Source of the DNA: a plasmid
DNA: 38,106 bases
Reading direction: 5' to 3' (one strand)
Sequence record: NZ_CP144727.1
How positions within the stretch are numbered: position 1 is the stretch's first letter; each line of letters begins with the position of its first letter. Below the pieces are notes generated by a model that saw nothing but the letters and a program-made list of their open reading frames with translations, was not told the DNA's origin and ran no database searches. Below, one piece after another: positions 28,975 to 38,106 of the stretch. The translations under genes were made by a program, and so were the position numbers.

Positions 28975-29145
28975 ATAGGGTGACAAATTGCCCTCAATTC
29001 TGGCTCCACTACCGGTTACAGCCAAAAAAACTATGAGTAAGCGCAGGATGCCAGGGAGGGAACAGCAAAACTGTGACAAATCACTCTCAACCTTCCAGAT
29101 CAAATGTGACGAACCACCCTTAAATCTGTGACAGATAACCCTCAA
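28975..29145. repeat. RepFIB iterons (incompatibility/control side), ~21-bp repeats TGTGACAAATnnCCCTCAA x4
   Basis: Repeats at ~28981, 29083, 29104, 29126. Confidence 0.7.
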
Positions 29146-30240
<1,095 letters not shown>

Positions 30241-30434
30241 CAGAATTTATGAGTACTGTTCCATGGTGCTTCCTCGCTCACTCGGGGCTTCGCCCTGTCG
30301 CTCGGCTGCGGCGAGCACTGCTGGCTCGATTATATCTGTGGCCAGAAGTTAGACATACAGCCTATTCTGTCCAGTTCTGGGTAATGCTACCAACTTGCTG
30401 ATTTAGTGTATGATGGTGGTTTTGAGGTGCTCCC

Positions 30435-30710
30435 GTGGCTTCCATCTCCATCAGTTGTCCCTCCTGCTCAGCTACTGAAGGCGTGGTGCGTAACGGTAAA
30501 AGTACTGCCGGACATCAGCGCTATCTCTGCTCTCACTGCCGTAAAACATGGCAGCTACAGTTCACTTACACCGCCTCTCAGCCCGGTACACACCAGAAAA
30601 TTATTGATATGGCCATGAATGGCGTCGGATGTCGCGCCAGTGCACGCATTATGGGCGTTGGCCTCAACACGATTTTACGACACTTAAAAAACTCAGGCCG
30701 CAGTCGGTAA
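30435..30710 (+). CDS. insA: IS1 InsA
   Basis: 91 aa. Confidence 0.9.
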   Translation: MASISISCPSCSATEGVVRNGKSTAGHQRYLCSHCRKTWQLQFTYTASQPGTHQKIIDMAMNGVGCRASARIMGVGLNTILRHLKNSGRSR

Positions 30711-31132
30711 ACTCACGCATACAACCGGGCAGTGACGTCATTGTTTGCGCGGAAATGGACGAACAGTGGGGTTACGTCGGCGCTAAATCACGCCAGCGCT
30801 GGTTGTTTTACGCGTATGACAGGATACGGAGGACGGTTGTGGCGCACGTATTCGGTGAACGCACGTTGGCCACGCTGGAGCGTCTTCCGGGCCTGCTGTC
30901 GGCCTTTGAGGTCGTGGTATGGATGACGGATGACTGGCCGCTGTATGAATCATGCCTGAAGGGAAAGCTGCACGTTATCAGCAAGCGTTACACTCAGCGC
31001 ATTGAGCGGCATAACCTGAATCTGAGGCAGCATCTGGCAAGGCTGGGCAGGAAGTCACTGTCGTTCTCAAAATCGGTGGAGCTGCATGACAAAGTCATCG
31101 GGCATTATCTGAACATAAAACACTATCAGTAA
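30629..31132 (+). CDS. insB: IS1 InsB frame (expressed as InsAB' by -1 frameshift)
   Basis: 167 aa. Confidence 0.9.
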   Translation: MSRQCTHYGRWPQHDFTTLKKLRPQSVNSRIQPGSDVIVCAEMDEQWGYVGAKSRQRWLFYAYDRIRRTVVAHVFGERTLATLERLPGLLSAFEVVVWMTDDWPLYESCLKGKLHVISKRYTQRIERHNLNLRQHLARLGRKSLSFSKSVELHDKVIGHYLNIKHYQ

Positions 31133-31619
31133 GTTGGAGTCATTACCTCAAAGGCGTCGGTGGAAGCGTCTGATACATCTGATATCACACGGGAGGCTTC
31201 GGCCTCCTGATTCAGTTCTCACGATTTTTCTCTGCTATCGTAAACCAGACGGAATAATTGTGCTGTAGGTGATCAAGTCATTTGCGAACAAGTGTCCAAC
31301 TGATTTGCGAATGGGGGATCAAGTAAATGCAAATACACACACAGTCCCGGTCGTCTGCAAAGTTGACCTGTTTCCCACAGAGGATGGAAAACTCTTCTTG
31401 TGCTGAGCGTAAGAGCTATCTGCCGGAACGGTTCCTCTTCGCTTCCTCGCCAGTTCGCTCGGTTACATGGCTGCGGCGAGCGCTGATACCTTTCTCTATA
31501 CCCTTTTGTACGACTTGTTGTGTGATGGTCATAAGTGCGTCTGCGTGTTGCGGCACTGTGATTGAGTGGCACGCCCGTCGAACTTCTCCCCCCTCCTGTT
31601 GAGAGCGAAATCAAAACAA

Positions 31620-31665
31620 TATGATTTTTTGCTTGCAACATGACTCTTTTTGTTCAAAATGACAA
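31620..31665. promoter_or_regulatory. Putative parA promoter/operator: imperfect palindrome TTTTGTTCAAAATGACAAAAAA
   Basis: Located 20-60 bp upstream of parA. Confidence 0.4.
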
Positions 31666-31685
31666 AAAACGTCATGAGGTGATAA

Positions 31686-32891
31686 ATGGACAATATTGAG
31701 CAGTTACGGAAAGTTGCTACACGTGCAGGTAAGCTTCTGACATCTTTGAGCGAGAGTATCCGCCAGCAAAAAGAGGAATTGAAGCTTACCGAGTTCTATC
31801 AGGAATACAGCAAAGCCGCTCTGTATAAGCTGCCTAAGCTCAGTAAAGGCAGTGTTGAGTATGCTGTGGCCGAAATGGAAGCCGGTGGCTACATTTTCAA
31901 AAAGAAACCTTCTGGCAATACGATGAAATACGCGATGACGATTCAGAATGTCATCGATCTGTATAACCATCGTAAAGTACCCAAGTACAGGGATCGCTTT
32001 GATAAAGCCTTTACGATTTTTGTATGTAATCTTAAAGGTGGTGGTTCCAAGACAGTTTCTACCGCTTCATTATCACATGCTTTTCGAGCTCATCCTCAGC
32101 TTCTGTTCGAAGACCTGCGTATTCTGGCCATCGATTTCGATCCGCAGGCATCTCTGACAATGTTCCTGAGCCATGAAAATTCAGTGGGCCTGGTTGAAAA
32201 TACGGCTGCTCAGGCCATGCTCCAGAACGTGTCTCGTGAAGAATTACTTTCCGATTTTATAGTACCGTCTATTATCCCTGGTGTTGATGTAATCCCCGCT
32301 TCCATTGACGATGCATTCCTTGCTGAAGGCTGGAAGGGATTGTGTGAAGAACATCTTCCAGGGAAAAATATTCATGCTGTGCTTAAAGATAACATTATCG
32401 ATAAGCTCCAGCATGACTACGACTTTATTTTCCTTGATAGTGGTCCTCACCTTGATGCGTTCCTGAAAAACTGTATTGGGGCGGCAGACCTGATGTTGAC
32501 CCCTCTTCCACCGGCTACGGTTGATTTTCATTCTTCCCTGAAGTTTGTGGCCAGCCTCCCTGCCCTCATAGATTCCGTTGAAATGGATGGGCACACCTGC
32601 AATCTCATCGGTAATGTCGGCTTCATGTCCAAGATCCTGAACAAGTCTGATCACAAAATTTGCCATAGTCAGGCCAAAGAGGTTTTCGGTGCCGATATGC
32701 TAGACATGGTTCTGCCGAGACTGGATGGTTTCGAACGCTGTGGGGAGACTTTTGACACAGTTATTTCAGCAAATCCAGCAACCTATGATGGAAGTACAGA
32801 GGCACTAAAAAGCGCAAAATCAGCAGCGGAAGACTTTGCGAAGGCAGTCTTTGATCGCATCGAGTTCATTCGTACTAACGGAGGTATGTGA
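31686..32891 (+). CDS. parA: Type Ia partition ATPase ParA (P1 ParA / SopA-like, with N-terminal HTH)
   Basis: 401 aa, Walker A NLKGGGSKT, very similar to P1 ParA. Confidence 0.9.
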   Translation: MDNIEQLRKVATRAGKLLTSLSESIRQQKEELKLTEFYQEYSKAALYKLPKLSKGSVEYAVAEMEAGGYIFKKKPSGNTMKYAMTIQNVIDLYNHRKVPKYRDRFDKAFTIFVCNLKGGGSKTVSTASLSHAFRAHPQLLFEDLRILAIDFDPQASLTMFLSHENSVGLVENTAAQAMLQNVSREELLSDFIVPSIIPGVDVIPASIDDAFLAEGWKGLCEEHLPGKNIHAVLKDNIIDKLQHDYDFIFLDSGPHLDAFLKNCIGAADLMLTPLPPATVDFHSSLKFVASLPALIDSVEMDGHTCNLIGNVGFMSKILNKSDHKICHSQAKEVFGADMLDMVLPRLDGFERCGETFDTVISANPATYDGSTEALKSAKSAAEDFAKAVFDRIEFIRTNGGM

Positions 32892-33865
32892 TGTCGAATG
32901 AGAAAAGAAAAACTATCGGCAGACAGTTAAATACCCAGGCGTCAATTGCGGAAATGACGGACACCGGTAGAAGCCAGGTATTTACCTTAAAAACCGGCAG
33001 GAAGGTAACGTTCAGGTTTGTTCGGGTGCCTGCATCTGAAGTTGAAAGTAAGACCTTCGTAAACCAGGAAAACAACGGAAGAGATCAACTTGCACTGACC
33101 AGGGAGTCCCTGAAATCCATTATCCAGACGATTAAGTTTCAGCAGTTCTTTCCCTGTATTGGTATTAAGCAAAGTGAAAGGATTGAGATACTGGATGGTT
33201 CAAGACGGCGAGCCTCAGCAATTTTTGTCCGTACAGGCCTTGATGTAATGGTTACCGAAGAGCATTTATCAGCTGATGAAGCTCGCCAACTGGCTAAAGA
33301 TATCCAGACAGCTAAAGAACATAATCTTCGGGAGATTGGCCTGAGATTGATCGCTCTTAAAGAGTCCGGATTTAATCAAAAGGAAATTGCTGAACTGGAG
33401 GGGTTATCTCAAGCTAAAGTTACCAGGGCGCTGCAGGCGGCGGCCGTACCGCAAGACTTGATTTCTCTGTTCCCGGTTCAGTCGGAGCTATCGTTTAGTG
33501 ACTATAAACTTCTTTTAGAAGTTAATGAAAAACTCAGTGAAAAGGGATTAACGCCTGAAGAACTCATTCAGTCTGTATCAGCTCAGCTCGATGCAATTTT
33601 GAGTGAAGGCGAGCGACCAGAAGACGAACAGAAAGCCAGTATACTGAAGCTGATTTCTCAGGCATCTCAGGCATTGATAGATCCATCTCCCAAGGAAAAG
33701 TCAGTGGTTTCCCCACTCTGGTCTTTTGAAGAAAAGGACAAGTTCGCGCGTAAGCGTGTGAAAGGGCGTACGCTGACTTATGAGTTTAGCCGTATGTCAA
33801 AAGTGATTCAGGATGAACTGGACAAGGCTATCAACGAGGTCCTTGACAGAAATTTGAGTCAATAA
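32888..33865 (+). CDS. parB: Centromere-binding ParB (P1 ParB-like)
   Basis: 325 aa, ParB N-terminal box (ILDGSRRRAS), 4-nt overlap with parA. Confidence 0.85.
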   Translation: MMSNEKRKTIGRQLNTQASIAEMTDTGRSQVFTLKTGRKVTFRFVRVPASEVESKTFVNQENNGRDQLALTRESLKSIIQTIKFQQFFPCIGIKQSERIEILDGSRRRASAIFVRTGLDVMVTEEHLSADEARQLAKDIQTAKEHNLREIGLRLIALKESGFNQKEIAELEGLSQAKVTRALQAAAVPQDLISLFPVQSELSFSDYKLLLEVNEKLSEKGLTPEELIQSVSAQLDAILSEGERPEDEQKASILKLISQASQALIDPSPKEKSVVSPLWSFEEKDKFARKRVKGRTLTYEFSRMSKVIQDELDKAINEVLDRNLSQ

Positions 33866-33867
33866 TT

Positions 33868-33950
33868 TCGCCATGGCGATTTCACATCTAACTTATTGTA
33901 ATTAGGCAGTTTAGGCTGAGAATTTCAAGGTGAAATCGCCAAAGTTTTAC
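33868..33950. other. parS centromere: ATTTCAC heptamer (box A) and TCGCCA hexamer (box B) motifs in inverted arrangement
   Basis: TTTCGCCATGGCGATTTCAC ... GGTGAAATCGCCA, same architecture as P1 parS. Confidence 0.7.
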
Positions 33951-33957
33951 GCCAGTT

Positions 33958-34777
33958 GGCACTGTTGCAAATAGTCGGTGGTGATAAACTTATCATCCCC
34001 TTTTGCTGATGGAGCTGCACATGAACCCATTCAAAGGCCGGCATTTTCAGCGTGACATCATTCTGTGGGCCGTACGCTGGTACTGCAAATACGGCATCAG
34101 TTACCGTGAGCTGCAGGAGATGCTGGCTGAACGCGGAGTGAATGTCGATCACTCCACGATTTACCGCTGGGTTCAGCGTTATGCGCCTGAAATGGAAAAA
34201 CGGCTGCGCTGGTACTGGCGTAACCCTTCCGATCTTTGCCCGTGGCACATGGATGAAACCTACGTGAAGGTCAATGGCCGCTGGGCGTATCTGTACCGGG
34301 CCGTCGACAGCCGGGGCCGCACTGTCGATTTTTATCTCTCCTCCCGTCGTAACAGCAAAGCTGCATACCGGTTTCTGGGTAAAATCCTCAACAACGTGAA
34401 GAAGTGGCAGATCCCGCGATTCATCAACACGGATAAAGCGCCCGCCTATGGTCGCGCGCTTGCTCTGCTCAAACGCGAAGGCCGGTGCCCGTCTGACGTT
34501 GAACACCGACAGATTAAGTACCGGAACAACGTGATTGAATGCGATCATGGCAAACTGAAACGGATAATCGGCGCCACGCTGGGATTTAAATCCATGAAGA
34601 CGGCTTACGCCACCATCAAAGGTATTGAGGTGATGCGTGCACTACGCAAAGGCCAGGCCTCAGCATTTTATTATGGTGATCCCCTGGGCGAAATGCGCCT
34701 GGTAAGCAGAGTTTTTGAAATGTAAGGCCTTTGAATAAGACAAAAGGCTGCCTCATCGCTAACTTTGCAACAGTGCC
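33958..34777 (+). mobile_element. IS26 (820 bp)
   Basis: 14-bp IRs GGCACTGTTGCAAA; no 8-bp TSD (CGCCAGTT vs CCTAATCG). Confidence 0.95.
34021..34725 (+). CDS. tnp26: IS26 transposase Tnp26 (234 aa)
   Basis: MNPFKGRHFQRDIILWAVRWYCKYGISYRELQEM... Confidence 0.95.
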   Translation: MNPFKGRHFQRDIILWAVRWYCKYGISYRELQEMLAERGVNVDHSTIYRWVQRYAPEMEKRLRWYWRNPSDLCPWHMDETYVKVNGRWAYLYRAVDSRGRTVDFYLSSRRNSKAAYRFLGKILNNVKKWQIPRFINTDKAPAYGRALALLKREGRCPSDVEHRQIKYRNNVIECDHGKLKRIIGATLGFKSMKTAYATIKGIEVMRALRKGQASAFYYGDPLGEMRLVSRVFEM

Positions 34778-35051
34778 CCTAATCGTGTTCAGCAGAATAG
34801 CCGGAGGAAGTTTCCTACTGTCGATAAGAAAGGATTGGCACAGGGAGTGTGAATATCGAAACACCATCACAGAATAATGCCAGATAGAAATGCGATAGTA
34901 GGGTTGGATATTTAAATAAGGAGCATCCCGACTTAAAATGAATATGACTGCGTAACCAGGCGCAATAAAAAAAGCGAAAGAATCGCTTTTATTCTGGTTG
35001 TTTTTTCGAAGAGTGACCGTTTTCTGAGATGACAAGAAATAAGGAAGTCCT

Positions 35052-35552
35052 ATGATCGCTAGCGGAATAGTTCAAAAACTGAATGCGCAAATGAATCAGG
35101 AGTTTTATACCTCAAATTTGTATCTTCAGCTCAGCCAGAGGTGCAGCGAGAATAGCCTTAATGGCACCGCACTATTTTTGCGTCATCAGGCGCAAAATAC
35201 GGTGACGCAAATGATGCGCATGTACGAATACATCAAACAGAGCGGCGCCACGCCGGTGTTACAGGAGCAACACGCCCGGTGCGGTGAATTTTCCACGCTG
35301 GAAGATCTGTTTGAGCAGACGGTAAGCGATTACCAGAAGCGCATTAATGCGCTGACCTCTTTGACGGAAGACGCCCAGGCAGCAAACGATAAGTCAGCGA
35401 TTAACTTCCTGAAGCGATACAGAAAAGAGGAAATCGTGGACGGGACGCTGTTGCAAATCATTCTGGATGAAGTCCGCAGCGCTAAAAAAGCGGGCATCAA
35501 CATGCAGCAAACCGACCACTATCTGGTTGGCGTGATCGATCGCTATCACTAA
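35052..35552 (+). CDS. ftnB: Ferritin-like protein, FtnB-like
   Basis: LNAQMNQEFYTSNLYLQLSQRCSENSLNGTALFLRHQAQNTVTQMMRMYEYIK resembles enterobacterial FtnB. Confidence 0.65.
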   Translation: MIASGIVQKLNAQMNQEFYTSNLYLQLSQRCSENSLNGTALFLRHQAQNTVTQMMRMYEYIKQSGATPVLQEQHARCGEFSTLEDLFEQTVSDYQKRINALTSLTEDAQAANDKSAINFLKRYRKEEIVDGTLLQIILDEVRSAKKAGINMQQTDHYLVGVIDRYH

Positions 35553-35721
35553 ATCAATTTCGCAGTACGATGAGGTTTTACGCCTCCTCAGAAAATCTGT
35601 TTTACATCAGAAACAGAGGTTTATGCCAGTGAACATTTGATACCCAACACGTCATAGTGATTTTTTAACTTAGCGTTTTTATATCGTGCCAAAAATGTCT
35701 CTGCTTGTGTCTTTATATTAA

Positions 35722-36917
<1,196 letters not shown>

Positions 36918-37126
36918 CTAAGTCACCGGCGGCTTGCCTGCCACACATTGAACATTACAGACCAATTAGCACTTTGTCACCGGGGAAAGATGTAAAGATT
37001 ATGTATAAATAGATTGGCTTAGAAGTGACATTTCAACTTTGGAGAAACAGGTGACATTTTAAACTTGCTTTAACAAAATTTTGGGACTGACCGAAACAAA
37101 AAGGCCAGCCCCGGAGGGCTGGCTAT

Positions 37127-37408
37127 TCAGTACAGGGCAATGACAGGTTTCTTGATGCCGCAGGCGTGAGCGTAGCGGGTCAGTGTGTCGATGCTGGCTT
37201 TGGTGATGTTGTTTTCCAGGCGAGAAATAACCGGAGGTGTAACCCCCATGCGTTCAGCAACCTGCGCTTTTGTCAGGTTGTCATGCTTGCGCCATTCAGC
37301 AAGCAGCTCCCTGAGCTTTTCCTTACGTTCTTCTTCCTGCCATGCAGCGCGATATTCATCGTCCTGCATCCACTCGTTATGCAGTTCTTTATGGCTTACC
37401 AGTTTCAT
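37127..37408 (-). CDS. higA: HigA antitoxin (XRE-family HTH)
   Basis: 93 aa, ...ELHNEWMQDDEYRAAW...LTKAQVAERMGVTPPVISRLEN. Confidence 0.75.
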   Translation of the reverse strand: MKLVSHKELHNEWMQDDEYRAAWQEEERKEKLRELLAEWRKHDNLTKAQVAERMGVTPPVISRLENNITKASIDTLTRYAHACGIKKPVIALY

Positions 37409-37718
37409 TAAGTACCTCCGCTAACCGCTTTTTGGCGAGATCGATTTCTTTCGCTGGCGTTTTCTGTGACTTCTTGATGAAAACACGGAGCATGATGATG
37501 GTATTGCCTTTGTGGTATACCCAGATTCCCCTGGCTATGTCCGTCCCCATCGTGCGGATCTCAAAAAGTCCATCGCCCAGGGGCTTCGTGTCCGGCTCCC
37601 GCAGTAATCGGGCGTCATACTCCAGTTTGCCGATGAGACGGTCAAACTTCACCCTGATTTTTACGGGTAATGCTGTGGCTTCTTCCCTGGCTTCCGGGTG
37701 ATAAACAACGCTAAACAT
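37389..37718 (-). CDS. higB: HigB toxin (RelE/ParE superfamily, Gp49-like); start at internal ATG 37718 preferred (GGAGG RBS), ORF-track start 37730 possible
   Basis: Toxin-upstream-of-antitoxin order, 20-nt overlap with higA. Confidence 0.7.
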   Translation of the reverse strand: MFSVVYHPEAREEATALPVKIRVKFDRLIGKLEYDARLLREPDTKPLGDGLFEIRTMGTDIARGIWVYHKGNTIIMLRVFIKKSQKTPAKEIDLAKKRLAEVLNETGKP

Positions 37719-37738
37719 GTGACCTCCCATTTCTATTA

Positions 37739-37797
37739 ATATTAACCTATAGGCTAATTTCAGACAAGGTAGAATTAACCTATAAGCTAATTTTGTT
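37739..37797. promoter_or_regulatory. Two ~19-bp near-palindromic direct repeats TTAACCTATAGGCTAATTT / TTAACCTATAAGCTAATTT upstream of higB: candidate HigA/HigBA operators
   Basis: Direct reading. Confidence 0.5.
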
Positions 37798-37826
37798 GGC
37801 AGTTATCGTGGCTACCCGGTCACTAC

Positions 37827-37864
37827 CCTGTTAGCGTGAGTTTTCGTTCCACTGAGGAACGGGG
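37827..37864. repeat. Partial Tn3-type IR relic (core CGTGAGTTTTCGTTCCACTGAG matches Tn3 IR; outer end divergent)
   Basis: 22/27 match to inner part of Tn3 38-bp IR. Confidence 0.4.
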
Positions 37865-37887
37865 ATTTATGCGCGTTAGCGCATGTA

Positions 37888-37925
37888 GGGGTCGTCTCAG
37901 AATTCGGAAAATAAAGCACGCTAAG
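37888..37925. repeat. 38-bp IRmer of Tn21-family transposon GGGGTCGTCTCAGAATTCGGAAAATAAAGCACGCTAAG
   Basis: Near-identical to Tn21 IR; overlaps merR stop. Confidence 0.85.
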
Positions 37926-38106
37926 GCGTAGTCACCCCGTGACTCCCCCGCGCCGATGCAGCGAGCTTCGTTCCGTCTTGCAGTGACGCAATCAGCGGGC
38001 AGGAAACGTTCCCTTTCCGCGCATGGCAGGCGCACACCAGTTCAGACAGCACGGCCTCCATGCGTGCCAAGTCGGCCATCTTCTCGCGCACATCCTTGAG
38101 CTTGTG
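37921..38106 (-). CDS. merR: merR 3' end (61 codons + stop), continues at 1..270
   Basis: Reverse translation [43 protein letters not shown]...; window end ...HKL joins window start ...LAE in frame. Confidence 0.85.
   Translation of the reverse strand, partial: HKLKDVREKMADLARMEAVLSELVCACHARKGNVSCPLIASLQDGTKLAASARGSHGVTTP

Larger units (their letters stand above)
30380..31147 (+). mobile_element. IS1 (768 bp, intact), inverted relative to the first copy
   Basis: Canonical termini; insA + insB. Confidence 0.9.

Noticed and set aside
28951-29145. 64-aa minus ORF and 64-aa plus ORF (29128-29322) in the RepFIB iteron region
   Set aside because: They overlap the iterons and the repA 3' end, and the iteron repeats explain the sequence.
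31273-31641. 122-aa minus and 91-aa plus ORFs between IS1 and parA
   Set aside because: They overlap each other in the par promoter region. They have no RBS, and their odd composition makes them unlikely to be genes.
37823-38035. 70-aa minus-strand ORF
   Set aside because: It overlaps the Tn21 IR and the merR 3' end in a different frame. merR in the other frame is strongly supported.

Overview
This window is a mosaic enterobacterial plasmid segment of RepFIB (IncFIB) type. Its two ends meet precisely inside merR, so it looks like a complete 38.1-kb circle opened within merR.

Contents, in order:

1. A Tn21/Tn501-subgroup mercury transposon (merR-TPCADE, a small Cys-rich ORF, res, tnpR, tnpA). 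merT carries an in-frame 15-bp x5 tandem repeat. tnpA is cut 24 codons before its stop by a 3.4-kb composite of two diverged IS4-family elements, which has a 10-bp target duplication and carries one orphan ORF.

2. A ~9-kb high-GC foreign island of redox and oxidative-stress genes: MDR oxidoreductase, GlcG-like, DUF1330, thioredoxin-like, DM13-like, MFS, RidA, GreA-like, a hypothetical, CorA, GST, MsrA and MsrB. A ~75-bp operator-like element containing CTAT-N7-ATAG occurs three times, upstream of the operons at both island edges.

3. A minimal 3.66-kb Tn3-family transposon (tnpR/tnpA only, Tn5403-like), followed by a graveyard of fragments: an IS110-family tnp 3' end, a Tn3-family tnpA tail with its IR, and an IS2 fragment.

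4. A MobC-like/membrane gene pair and a repeat-rich region, possibly a centromere or oriT.

5. A RepFIB iteron replicon bracketed by two inverted IS1 copies, one carrying an in-frame insB deletion.

6. P1-type parA-parB-parS, then IS26, an ftnB-like ferritin, IS5 and higBA.

7. A Tn21-family IR plus the merR 3' end that closes the circle.

Coordinates that are not anchored to the ORF track were counted from the line labels and may be off by 1-2 nt.
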